A DNA stretch of 20,000 nt, taken from an uncultured virus (IMG/VR IMGVR_UViG_3300027896_000016) (Duplodnaviria > Heunggongvirae > Uroviricota > Caudoviricetes). The notes beneath the pieces were generated by a model that saw only the letters and a program-made list of their open reading frames with translations, ran no database searches and had not been told where the DNA came from. The position numbers and the translations under genes were made by a program. Positions within the stretch are counted from its first letter, which is position 1; every line of letters begins with the position of its first letter. Location of the stretch: the IMG/VR virus record IMGVR_UViG_3300027896_000016; one strand, 5' to 3'. Shown in pieces: positions 6,123 to 14,357 of this stretch.

Positions 6123-7697
6123 ATGGAATTGCTGACAAATGCGCTTAAGGCGCGGATTCCGGGGATACATTTAAGATCCCTAGAAGAACGGCGAGCACTT
6201 GAAACAATTCTGAATTCGGTTCAGGAAATTAATACCGTATCCAAAGACAAAAAAGAACTATGGATATGGACGCTAAACGCCAAAGGCGCATTTCGAGTCA
6301 ATCCGAAAAGCACAAAATGGGAATTAGAGCCAATTGGCGACGACACTATTTCTTTCGATCAGGCTATGGATAAGTTTAATTCTTTGGGCGACAACGAAAC
6401 AAATCCACGAATTGTATTTTGTCTACTCGATCCTTGGGATAGCTTGACGCAAGCCATAAATTTGCGAATTTTGCGCGATTCTCTGGCTAACTCCCGAGCA
6501 AACGGACAATGTATTATTCTTTTGGGCAAATCGTGGCAGATTCCAGAGGAAATTCAACAAGATGTTATGATCTTAGATATCAATTTGCCAACAGTTGACG
6601 AAATTATTTATTATATCGGAGCCTTGTGCGATCAATACGTTCAAAGATTTGGCGGAAAAATTAAAGTAGAAAAAGATATTATACCGGAGTTCGCAAAAGT
6701 ATGTTCCGGTTTGACATTCAACGAGATTAAGAATATCGTCAGTCTTTCTATTGTAGAGTACAAGGAAATTTCGCCCAAATGTATCGCGCTTGCTAACGAT
6801 AATAAGAAACAAATCGTTAGCCGGGACGGTACGCTTTATTTCGAGGAATTGCTAAAGAGCATAGACGATATCGGCGGCATGGGCAATTTGAAAAGATGGA
6901 TTTTCCGGCGCAAAAAGACGAATCAAGACGCCGCGCAAAAGAAAGGTATCTATAACCCAAAGGGTGTGTTGCTTATTGGCCCGCCGGGTACGGGAAAGTC
7001 GGCTTGCAGCAAAGCCATTTCGACTATCTTTAATGTGCCGCTTTTAACTCTGAATATGGATCGAATATTGAATAAGTGGGTAGGGGAAAGTGAAAGCAAT
7101 ATGAGAAAAGCCTTTAAAACGGCAGAGGCATGTGCCCCGTGCTGTTTAAGGATTGACGAAATTGATAAAGCATTTGCCGCCGACACTTCGGGAGTCGGCA
7201 CAAAGCTATTGGGACAAATTTTAACGTGGATGCAAGAAAAAACGGCTAGAGTCTTTATTATTGCTACAGCTAATTCGATTGAAAACCTACCTGCACCCCT
7301 ATTCAGAAAAGGACGATTCAATGCGCTTTTCTTTGTTGATATGCCCGGCCTATCGGCTAGGCGCGACATTTTCAAGATTTACCTGAAAAAGTGCAAATTT
7401 GAGATTTCCGACAAAGATCTCAATATTCTAGCACAAAAGACCGATAATTATAATGGCGCGGAAATTGAAGATATTGTTCAAGATGCTTTGATCGAAGCGT
7501 TTGACGCCGATAGGGATATGGTAATTGACGATTTGCTCAGAGCAATTTCTGAAGCAACGCCGATTGCTATAACAATGTCGGAACAAGTTGACGCTATTCG
7601 GAAATGGGCCAAAGACAAAAAGGCCCAAATGGCCGATTTGCCCGAAAAGGCCGAAAAGAAAGGGGGGCTTTCTCTCCCCGATCTAGATCTAAACTAA
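6123..7697 (+). CDS. Ycf46/SpoVK-like AAA+ ATPase
   Basis: Walker A GPPGTGKS, Walker B CLRIDEIDK, pore loop KWVGESE, SRH ATAN...LFRKGRF, a degenerate N-terminal AAA-like domain, and a C-terminal MSEQVDAIRKWA typical of the Ycf46 group. Confidence 0.9.
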   Translation: MELLTNALKARIPGIHLRSLEERRALETILNSVQEINTVSKDKKELWIWTLNAKGAFRVNPKSTKWELEPIGDDTISFDQAMDKFNSLGDNETNPRIVFCLLDPWDSLTQAINLRILRDSLANSRANGQCIILLGKSWQIPEEIQQDVMILDINLPTVDEIIYYIGALCDQYVQRFGGKIKVEKDIIPEFAKVCSGLTFNEIKNIVSLSIVEYKEISPKCIALANDNKKQIVSRDGTLYFEELLKSIDDIGGMGNLKRWIFRRKKTNQDAAQKKGIYNPKGVLLIGPPGTGKSACSKAISTIFNVPLLTLNMDRILNKWVGESESNMRKAFKTAEACAPCCLRIDEIDKAFAADTSGVGTKLLGQILTWMQEKTARVFIIATANSIENLPAPLFRKGRFNALFFVDMPGLSARRDIFKIYLKKCKFEISDKDLNILAQKTDNYNGAEIEDIVQDALIEAFDADRDMVIDDLLRAISEATPIAITMSEQVDAIRKWAKDKKAQMADLPEKAEKKGGLSLPDLDLN

Positions 7698-7708
7698 AAC
7701 ATATTAAT

Positions 7709-7746
7709 TAAAACCCCGATAGGCTTAATTGCTTATCGGGGTTTTA
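7709..7746 (+). terminator. CCCCGRTAG-family hairpin
   Basis: TAAAACCCCGATAGGC-TTAATT-GCTTATCGGGGTTTTA. Confidence 0.8.
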
Positions 7747-7793
7747 TTATGTGTGGACATTTTTGTTAGGCTTTAGCAAAAAGGAGAAAGAAA

Positions 7794-7988
7794 ATGGCTG
7801 CGGGAGATTTGATTAAAGTCGAAATTGACAAAGAGGGAAAGGTACGACTTTCAATAATCTCGAACGATCCCAAACACGGGGATCTATTAGAACCATTCGA
7901 AAATATAGTTTCGAATGGAAATGCGAAATTGGTTGAAAAACACCGTTGCGATCATTCGCATAGTGTTGGGCATACGCATAGCCATTAA
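7794..7988 (+). CDS. Small protein, DUF2997-like partner of Ycf46-type ATPase
   Basis: IKVEIDKEGKVRL pattern, size and position next to the ATPase, AAAGGAGAAA RBS, His-rich tail. Confidence 0.65.
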   Translation: MAAGDLIKVEIDKEGKVRLSIISNDPKHGDLLEPFENIVSNGNAKLVEKHRCDHSHSVGHTHSH

Positions 7989-8025
7989 TTGTGCGAAATT
8001 AAACCTTAAAATAAAGGAGAAAATC

Positions 8026-8349
8026 ATGCCTTGCTGGACTGTCGTAAAAGTGCCTTTAGAGATGGACATTAAGGGCAACAATAAAGACATAGAAGAAGCC
8101 CTAAATAGAATGGGCTATGGAATTGACGTTAAGCGCGAGGGTTTTATTCGTGCAGATAACGTTACTTTGACAAAAACCGGCGATTCGTGGCGTCTTTCGA
8201 CGCCGAACAAGACTTTCGATAGAAAGAAGTTTATTCAGGAAATGAGTCGGGCAAAAATCTTGAATGAGGCCAAGCGCAAAAATTATAAGGTCATTCAAGA
8301 TGAAATTGACAAAAACGGCAATTTGTTAATGCGAATGATGGTGAGATAA
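8026..8349 (+). CDS. DUF1257/Ycf35-like protein
   Basis: Start re-assigned to ATG 8026 behind AAAGGAGAAA. IEEALNRMGY and C-terminal NYKVIQDEIDKNGNLLMRM resemble the family, and the gene context fits. Confidence 0.65.
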   Translation: MPCWTVVKVPLEMDIKGNNKDIEEALNRMGYGIDVKREGFIRADNVTLTKTGDSWRLSTPNKTFDRKKFIQEMSRAKILNEAKRKNYKVIQDEIDKNGNLLMRMMVR

Positions 8350-8358
8350 CCGAAAATA

Positions 8359-8484
8359 AAATTGGGTAACGATTTGCAGCGTCTTTTGGGATGGATTTTT
8401 GGTGATTTACTCTGCAAAAACCAAAGACCATTAGCCCGACTGGCTTATATTTCTTTAGCTAGGAAATAATAAGCTACCCAATTT
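8359..8484 (+). ncRNA. Structured RNA, four-way junction with TTTGCAG/CTGCAAA kissing loops (relative of the 4615/4835 copies)
   Basis: 10-bp closing stem AAATTGGGTA/TACCCAATTT, three internal arms, complementary loops at 8373-8379 and 8412-8418. G-U pairs favour the + strand. Confidence 0.6.
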
Positions 8485-8485
8485 G

Positions 8486-8517
8486 GCCCCGATAGCCTTC
8501 CCGGTTGTCGGGGCTTT
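8486..8517 (+). terminator. CCCCGRTAG-family hairpin
   Basis: GCCCCGATAGCC-TTCCC-GGTTGTCGGGGC followed by TTTATT. Confidence 0.7.
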
Positions 8518-8573
8518 ATTATTGACAGACATTGTGTAGTCAAAGGCGAAATTTTAGCAAAAGGAGAAAGATC

Positions 8574-9623
8574 ATGGTTGTAAAAGAAATTTCGGACATT
8601 GGTTACACTTTTTTTACTGATAATTTGCCCGCTGCAATTACAGTAGAAAAGGTCAAGTCGGCCCTTGAAGTCGCAAATCTCGATCCAGAAATGGCGCGAG
8701 AATTAGCAAAAAGGTTCTGTTTCGCACGGGCCAAAAACCATATGCATGATTTGGGCTTGATAGATCAAGTTATTGAAGACGAAAAACGCTGGATGTTCCA
8801 GTTAAGTAAGCGTTATTTCGAGCAAGAAGGAATTACTTACGAGAAACAAGCAATATTCTGGTATAACAAAGAAAGCCAAAGTATTGACTCTGACGACGAA
8901 AAAGTCAAAGCCAGAGTTGAAGAGTTATTTGCGCGTTTTGGTGAAGTTTACTTGCCGTCGGATTTGACGAAAATAATCAACAAGATCTTTAATCGTCAAA
9001 AAGGTATGATTGCCCTTAGACGGCATGGCGCAATTTACTTTGTGCCCGAAAAGTATCGGGAACTGCTAGACAAAATAATAATCTTTATGTGTGAAATCAG
9101 CGCTGATTGCGTTGTCTGCAATGTCGGCGCAAGTTCAAAGGGCGGAGTTAAGGAAAAAGCAATGTCGATGTTGAAAGACGACGTTCGCAATTTCCTTGAG
9201 AAAGTCAGTCAAGATGTTAAAGACCTTGACGCGGCTGTTAAGAACAAAGACGGCCCGAAGAAACAAGAACGGCGTATTTTGCAGAACCGCTTTGACGAAT
9301 TGTTCAATGAAATACAGAGAATCGCCAATTTCTGTATCTCGTGCGGCGAGGATTTTGCCAAGTATATCAAGGAAATCAAGACCGAAGAAATTAATTTGGC
9401 TGCAATCTTCGAAGCTGACTGCGATCCGGCAATTCTTGCAGCCGTCGCGCAAGGCGGCAATTTGTCGCAAACAATGGCGCGAATTGTTAAAGGTATCACG
9501 TTAGATCAGGAATTGCCCGTTGTAGACGTGGCAAAAGTTCAGGCAGTCGAGCTAATTTTGGCGGAATCCAAGAAAAAGCCCGATTTGCCCGTTGTGCAAG
9601 TCGGAGCAATGCCGCAAATTTAA
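8574..9623 (+). CDS. Hypothetical protein, possibly DUF3150/DUF6744-like
   Basis: Start re-assigned to ATG 8574 behind AAAGGAGAAAG. LRRHGAIYFVP motif followed by a helical region. Confidence 0.75.
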   Translation: MVVKEISDIGYTFFTDNLPAAITVEKVKSALEVANLDPEMARELAKRFCFARAKNHMHDLGLIDQVIEDEKRWMFQLSKRYFEQEGITYEKQAIFWYNKESQSIDSDDEKVKARVEELFARFGEVYLPSDLTKIINKIFNRQKGMIALRRHGAIYFVPEKYRELLDKIIIFMCEISADCVVCNVGASSKGGVKEKAMSMLKDDVRNFLEKVSQDVKDLDAAVKNKDGPKKQERRILQNRFDELFNEIQRIANFCISCGEDFAKYIKEIKTEEINLAAIFEADCDPAILAAVAQGGNLSQTMARIVKGITLDQELPVVDVAKVQAVELILAESKKKPDLPVVQVGAMPQI

Positions 9624-9667
9624 CAAAGATCCCCGGTAGCTACTTAAAGCCACCGGGGATCTTTGTT
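9622..9667 (+). terminator. CCCCGRTAG-family hairpin
   Basis: AACAAAGATCCCCGGTAGC...GCCACCGGGGATCTTTGTT, an extended stem overlapping the stop codon. Confidence 0.75.
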
Positions 9668-9700
9668 TAGGCCGAAATTTTTAATAAAGGAGAAATAATC

Positions 9701-9925
9701 ATGGTTTGGTCAGATGAAAAAGAAGCCGAAATGATTAAATTTGTCGAAAATAAGTTTGATTTAACTTTTTGTAAGGCAATAACCTATACTTCCAGTCAAG
9801 AACAGCCAAGATGGATGGAATTTGCTGATAAAAGACAAAACAGTGTTTTGTTTTACTTCAATGGTGAAGAGTTGTGGGGACCGTGGATTACGCGCGAAAA
9901 CCAGCCAATTTGGAAATTGGAGTAA
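9701..9925 (+). CDS. Hypothetical protein
   Basis: AAAGGAGAAA RBS, co-oriented with neighbours. Confidence 0.75.
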   Translation: MVWSDEKEAEMIKFVENKFDLTFCKAITYTSSQEQPRWMEFADKRQNSVLFYFNGEELWGPWITRENQPIWKLE

Positions 9926-9930
9926 TAATC

Positions 9931-10248
9931 ATGCCGCCAGAAAATTACGCTGAATTAACATCAAAAACATTTCAAGCTGTACTTAAAACAATTGAAAAAT
10001 GGCGGATTAATAAAGAAATTACCAAACAAATGAATGAATATAACAAAAAAATATTTAAAGAAGTCGGTTGTATTTATGGGGATGAAAATTTAATGATGGA
10101 TGATAAAGACAGTGAATGGAGCGAAACTACGCCATTAGACGAAAATCTAAGAGAAGAGATTAATAGAAATCAAAAGCCAAAACCAGAAACACCAGAAATT
10201 ACTGGAGAATTGCCGATTGTCGAAGGTAAAATGCCAATTCCCAAATAG
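9931..10248 (+). CDS. Hypothetical protein
   Basis: Start re-assigned to ATG 9931 (GGAG RBS) just after the previous stop. Confidence 0.75.
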   Translation: MPPENYAELTSKTFQAVLKTIEKWRINKEITKQMNEYNKKIFKEVGCIYGDENLMMDDKDSEWSETTPLDENLREEINRNQKPKPETPEITGELPIVEGKMPIPK

Positions 10249-10258
10249 GGGATAATCC

Positions 10259-10717
10259 ATGCCGAAAAATAGCACACTAAAAATAGTGATTTCGTGGGAC
10301 GAAAACGAAATTGTTCAAAGAGAACGAGATCGGCGGGCCGAAAATTGCCGCACTTTTGGCGAATATGAAGTAATTGACGAAAAGATTTGGAATGACGGCA
10401 AATTTTGGGACCGCGAATGCGAAAAGGCCCGAAAGGCAATTTTTGAATTGTCCCGGCGGCATATTAAACGCGGCCAAATTTGGCTAAAATTAGATTCTAA
10501 TGGGTTCAGTAATCAATCAAGATCTTATTTAAACAATTTCTTCGCAGATTTCGACGATTGCGAGTATGAATCTTTTAAGATCTATGAATCAGAGGCCCAA
10601 ATCGTTGTTAAATTATTTAATCCAGACGACGATAAAGAAATAACATTTAGTTTAGAGGCAATAGATAGGCCGAAAATTCGCAAAAGAAAGATTAAACCAA
10701 GAAAACACAAAAACTGA
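10259..10717 (+). CDS. Hypothetical protein with basic tail
   Basis: AGGGG RBS, tightly packed with neighbours. Confidence 0.75.
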   Translation: MPKNSTLKIVISWDENEIVQRERDRRAENCRTFGEYEVIDEKIWNDGKFWDRECEKARKAIFELSRRHIKRGQIWLKLDSNGFSNQSRSYLNNFFADFDDCEYESFKIYESEAQIVVKLFNPDDDKEITFSLEAIDRPKIRKRKIKPRKHKN

Positions 10718-10779
10718 ACATAAGCCTCTGAAGAGGCAAGTTTTATTAAGTCTCTTTTTAGAGACAAAAGGAGAAAGCA

Positions 10780-11340
10780 ATGAACACGATTTTGGAGCAA
10801 TTGGGATCTTTGAGCAAAAGAATCGAAGAGCAAGAAGTTGATCTAGTCGAGCAAATCGACATGCTCAGATTGCTATGGCAAAAGAAATTAAACGATCAGT
10901 TTACATTCAAAAAGGACGATATTATCAAGCCCTGGACGCGCAAGGTCTTTGTCGAGCAAGTATCGGTTGAGCCAAACATTGAATTTTCGATTTGCTTCGA
11001 TGGATACGAGAGAACCGGAACTTTGCTTACTATGCGAAATTTCGAGGGTACGAAAGACATTTTCTATTGCCATATTGCTCAAAGTAAAGAATTGCGTATT
11101 TTGGCTTATAGAACAAGTAACGGTGTGCGGCGATATTTTCTTAGATACGTCCCGCCGCAATTTTATACCTATAGAGACGGAGAAGACCCGGCGAAAGTCG
11201 GCGCTTTGAAGGCTATTTTGATTAACGGGCCGCAATGGCCTAGCAAGATTATTCACACGATTGAGATTATTCGTTGGGGAAAGAACCGTAACCCTCAATA
11301 TACTGCACCGCGAAGCATTTTGTGCAAGATTATTGATTAG
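10780..11340 (+). CDS. Hypothetical protein, paralog of 11950-12516
   Basis: AAAGGAGAAAG RBS. Shares LKAI, (R/K)W and SIL motifs with 11950-12516. Confidence 0.8.
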   Translation: MNTILEQLGSLSKRIEEQEVDLVEQIDMLRLLWQKKLNDQFTFKKDDIIKPWTRKVFVEQVSVEPNIEFSICFDGYERTGTLLTMRNFEGTKDIFYCHIAQSKELRILAYRTSNGVRRYFLRYVPPQFYTYRDGEDPAKVGALKAILINGPQWPSKIIHTIEIIRWGKNRNPQYTAPRSILCKIID

Positions 11341-11350
11341 AAAGGGGAAT

Positions 11351-11551
11351 ATGAAACCATACCTAGTAACACGAAAAATTATATTCGAAACTGAGCAACA
11401 AATCATATGCAATAACAAACGCGAAGCAAAAGCATCAGATATGAAAATAATAAGTGCTGCTATTGCTGAAATGGTAAGAAAATATAATCTTCATAACCCC
11501 TACGAATGTCTTGAAGTAGAAATCAAAAACGTCAAAATCGAAGAAATGTAA
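11351..11551 (+). CDS. Hypothetical protein
   Basis: Start re-assigned to ATG 11351 behind AAAGGGGA. Ends just before a family hairpin. Confidence 0.7.
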   Translation: MKPYLVTRKIIFETEQQIICNNKREAKASDMKIISAAIAEMVRKYNLHNPYECLEVEIKNVKIEEM

Positions 11552-11555
11552 GATC

Positions 11556-11595
11556 AATCCCCGGTAGCTTCTTATAGAGGCTATCGGGGATTTTT
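11556..11595 (+). terminator. CCCCGRTAG-family hairpin
   Basis: AATCCCCGGTAGCTTCT-TAT-AGAGGCTATCGGGGATT plus T-tract. Confidence 0.8.
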
Positions 11596-11624
11596 GTTTG
11601 GGCCACAAAAAAAAGGAGAGAGAA

Positions 11625-11867
11625 ATGACAAAAGAAGAGAAGACCGAAGTTTTGAGAAATGCGCTCGTAATGGAAATCAAAAATCGTATAATAATTGCAA
11701 GTTGCAAGAGAAAGGCGGTAATTTGGACAAATTATCTCAATAAAGTTGATAAAAATAAAAAATTACCGCAAAATTCCGACGTAGTAGATGTATTTGTATG
11801 GATTTGGAGAAATATGAAATGTATTCGCGGAAATTATCAAAAATTCTTTAATATTTTCTTTGCTTGA
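11625..11867 (+). CDS. Hypothetical protein (single gene between two near-identical hairpins)
   Basis: ATG 11625 behind AAAGGAGAG. Confidence 0.7.
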   Translation: MTKEEKTEVLRNALVMEIKNRIIIASCKRKAVIWTNYLNKVDKNKKLPQNSDVVDVFVWIWRNMKCIRGNYQKFFNIFFA

Positions 11868-11870
11868 ACT

Positions 11871-11908
11871 AATCCCCGGTAGCTTATAGTATAGGCTATC
11901 GGGGATTT
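11871..11908 (+). terminator. CCCCGRTAG-family hairpin
   Basis: AATCCCCGGTAGCTTATAGTATAGGCTATCGGGGATT. Confidence 0.8.
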
Positions 11909-11949
11909 ATTATTTACACATACAAATTGCCAATAAAAGGAGAAATAAA

Positions 11950-12516
11950 ATGGCTGAAACAATAATGCGCCAGTTACAAAATGCAGTACCGGAAATGGCA
12001 AAAGAAGCAATGGCTATTCAAAAGAAACAAGAATTCAATCTAGAGGCGAAAATTAAAACTTTTGAAGCAAAATTTAACGAATTCTTGGCGCATAAATTTT
12101 CGATAGCACAAGGTTTAGTGATACAACAATATGGTCACGCCACAAAAGGATTTGAATACAAGATTGACGATAGTTATACTTTGTTTATCAAAGTGTTCTT
12201 TCCAGGTTTTAAACGCTATGGTCCAGGCAAGATAATTGAATTAGAAAAGAACGGGAATAAAATCCCGACATTATTAATATATTCAAAACAAAGTCTGCAA
12301 TTATTCAAAAGGCGAGACAACGAAAGTAAGAGTTTGCTAATTTATAAGTTTGTTCGGCCACAAATCTTGAATCGAATTAATCCCGAGAAACTCAAAGGCT
12401 TAAAGGCAATTATTGTCAAGGGCCGAGAAAAAATCAAAGACGGCTTAGTAAATAAGATTAAAGTTATTAAGTGGGCCGAAAACAAGAAGAGTATTTTGGT
12501 TGAAATTTTGGAATAA
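11950..12516 (+). CDS. Hypothetical protein, paralog of 10780-11340
   Basis: AAAGGAGAAA RBS. C-terminal half aligns by eye with 10780-11340. Confidence 0.8.
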   Translation: MAETIMRQLQNAVPEMAKEAMAIQKKQEFNLEAKIKTFEAKFNEFLAHKFSIAQGLVIQQYGHATKGFEYKIDDSYTLFIKVFFPGFKRYGPGKIIELEKNGNKIPTLLIYSKQSLQLFKRRDNESKSLLIYKFVRPQILNRINPEKLKGLKAIIVKGREKIKDGLVNKIKVIKWAENKKSILVEILE

Positions 12517-12531
12517 AAAGGAGAAAAGGCC

Positions 12532-13140
12532 ATGCTTGAGTATGCTGTCTATAGCATAAAACTCGAATTTACTAAAAAAGTGTTAGGCGGCATTCCTGCC
12601 GACGCCGGGAAAGCCGCAAAATGGGCCGAAGACAAAAATATCCCGGCGACGGTTTTTGAACGAATGAAAGAAAATAAGTCAGCGGGCGATTATTACTTAG
12701 TGCGTGATTCAATTGGGCCATATATTCCCGATAAGCATGTAAAGGCACACTTGCGAGATAAATTAGTCGCAATGGAAGTATTTGATAAAGAACTAATCTC
12801 GCGCAAAATAAGCATCATGGCAACGATAGTTCCTAGAATAATTAGATTCTATCGTGACGACGAAATTATTACTAAATGCGAAGGTTTGGAAGAAGTCAAA
12901 GGCGTTTATTATGAGTATATCGACGCTGGCGCGCGAATAACGTTTGTTATTGCTATGCCCAAGCCCGTTGGATTTTTAAATTCAGTCAATATTTCGCGGG
13001 CATTTACGATTGGGCAAAATAGCGGTTTTGGGACAATACGCAATTCATATGGCATGTATAACTTGATTGGTTTCGAAAATCAACCTAGCGTTGAAATAGA
13101 GCCAGGGGAGAACATTGAGGTAGTTTTGGCACAGGAATAG
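12532..13140 (+). CDS. Stand-alone RAMP superfamily (Cas7/Csm3-like) protein
   Basis: N-terminal strand YSIKLEFTKKVLGG, PYIPDKHVKAHLR (compare the Csm3-type PYIPGSSLKGKLR), YEYIDAGARITFVI, and a C-terminal glycine-rich loop GQNSGFGTIRNSYGMYNL, all in RAMP order. Confidence 0.65.
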   Translation: MLEYAVYSIKLEFTKKVLGGIPADAGKAAKWAEDKNIPATVFERMKENKSAGDYYLVRDSIGPYIPDKHVKAHLRDKLVAMEVFDKELISRKISIMATIVPRIIRFYRDDEIITKCEGLEEVKGVYYEYIDAGARITFVIAMPKPVGFLNSVNISRAFTIGQNSGFGTIRNSYGMYNLIGFENQPSVEIEPGENIEVVLAQE

Positions 13141-13149
13141 GGCTATTTA

Positions 13150-13223
13150 GCTCCGGTAGCCCAATTGGCAGTGGCAACGGTCTTAAGAACCGTCAAGTGT
13201 GGGTTCGAATCCCACCCGGAGCA
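13150..13223 (+). tRNA. trnL: tRNA-Leu(TAA), short variable loop, CCA not encoded
   Basis: Acceptor GCTCCGG/CCGGAGC+A, anticodon arm ACGGT-CTTAAGA-ACCGT, T arm GTGGG-TTCGAAT-CCCAC. Confidence 0.9.
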
Positions 13224-13253
13224 CTTTTATTTTGTCACAAAAAGGAGAAAACA

Positions 13254-13442
13254 ATGAAAATAACCGACAAAGAGCGAAGATTATGGGTACTTAACGATGA
13301 AGGACTTTACAATCAAATGATTCGAACGGGTAGCAGCGATGTTTATAAGTTTATCAAGAACAATCGTGACGAAATTGATAAGATAATTAATAACGTCACT
13401 AGTGGTAAGAAACAAGCGCATTACAAGGCTTACGAAAGATAA
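13254..13442 (+). CDS. Small phage hypothetical protein (LWVLNDEGLYN motif)
   Basis: Start re-assigned to ATG 13254 behind AAAGGAGAAA, because the track start lies inside the tRNA. Confidence 0.8.
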   Translation: MKITDKERRLWVLNDEGLYNQMIRTGSSDVYKFIKNNRDEIDKIINNVTSGKKQAHYKAYER

Positions 13443-13466
13443 TAGGCACTAAAAAAGGAGAAAGCC

Positions 13467-14036
13467 ATGCGAGAAGAAACAATCAAAATCTTTAAGTTTG
13501 ACGAATTAGATAGTGCAGCAAAAAAGAAAGCAATTGATGAATATCGAGAAGAAAGCAATAAGAATTTTGATAGTCACGAAATAACCGAAATACTTAAAGA
13601 AAAATTGGCCGATCACGGTTTAGGAAATCTAGATTGCTATTGGTCTTTAAGTTATTCTCAGGGCGACGGTGTGGCGTTTTATGGTTTGGTAGATATTGCA
13701 GAATTTATTAAGAAGAACCCCAAATTCGATATAACCACTAAACTTCAAAAAGCATTAGAAACAGATCAATATTTTTCTATTAAGATTATAAAGAAAAACC
13801 CCCATTACGATCATTGCAACTCAATGAGATTGGAAATTGATGCTTGCAATAACGACGACCTTTATGTAATAATCACTTATAATTTTCTTGAGTTTTGTCA
13901 AAAACTTTCCAAAGAACTAGAATCAATTGGTTATAAAGCAATCGAATTTAGAAATTCAGATGAATATATAATTGACGAAATCGAAGGCAGAGAATTGGAA
14001 TTCTTCGAAAGTGGTTCAATGAGTTATAATTTATAA
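13467..14036 (+). CDS. Conserved phage hypothetical protein (F-D-E-L...SQGDG...S-D-E family)
   Basis: IFKFDELDSAAKKKAIDEYR, YSQGDGVAF and NSDEYIIDEIEGRELEFFESG match a common phage family of unknown function. Confidence 0.8.
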   Translation: MREETIKIFKFDELDSAAKKKAIDEYREESNKNFDSHEITEILKEKLADHGLGNLDCYWSLSYSQGDGVAFYGLVDIAEFIKKNPKFDITTKLQKALETDQYFSIKIIKKNPHYDHCNSMRLEIDACNNDDLYVIITYNFLEFCQKLSKELESIGYKAIEFRNSDEYIIDEIEGRELEFFESGSMSYNL

Positions 14037-14054
14037 TCAGGAGAACGTGTCAAA

Positions 14055-14357
14055 ATGCTCAAAATGATTAGTTTGCCCGAGGGAAATCTTAAAATATTTG
14101 TGCCCGAGGGCAAAATGCCGGAATTCCGCAAATTTTGCGAGTCGCGGGACCGCGATTTTCACATTATTTGGCAAAATTTGCCGGTTTTTGAAGAGACGGG
14201 GTTGGAGTCTTTTTCGCCGGATGACAAAAAAATGGTGATATTAGGTTATAAGTGTGAAGGAAGATGGACAGAGACGTGGTTTTATGCTGGAAATCCGGCG
14301 GTTGAATTGTTAAAACAAGGCTTTGTAATTTTTAAGATGATTGATTTTCAAACGTAA
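14055..14357 (+). CDS. Hypothetical protein
   Basis: AGGAG RBS, co-oriented with neighbours. Confidence 0.7.
   Translation: MLKMISLPEGNLKIFVPEGKMPEFRKFCESRDRDFHIIWQNLPVFEETGLESFSPDDKKMVILGYKCEGRWTETWFYAGNPAVELLKQGFVIFKMIDFQT

Noticed and set aside
4572..11908. Hairpin family as a CRISPR array
   Set aside because: Spacing is irregular (about 170 bp to 2 kb), the intervals contain whole genes, and the repeats vary in their loops.
4572..11908. Hairpins as integron attC sites
   Set aside because: No consistent RYYYAAC...GTTRRRY ends, no integrase in the window, and T-tracts with G-U pairs fit RNA hairpins better.
12400..13260. Short-period guide-like repeat array next to the Cas7-like gene
   Set aside because: The flanks are a coding gene and a tRNA, and I found no periodic repeat there by eye.
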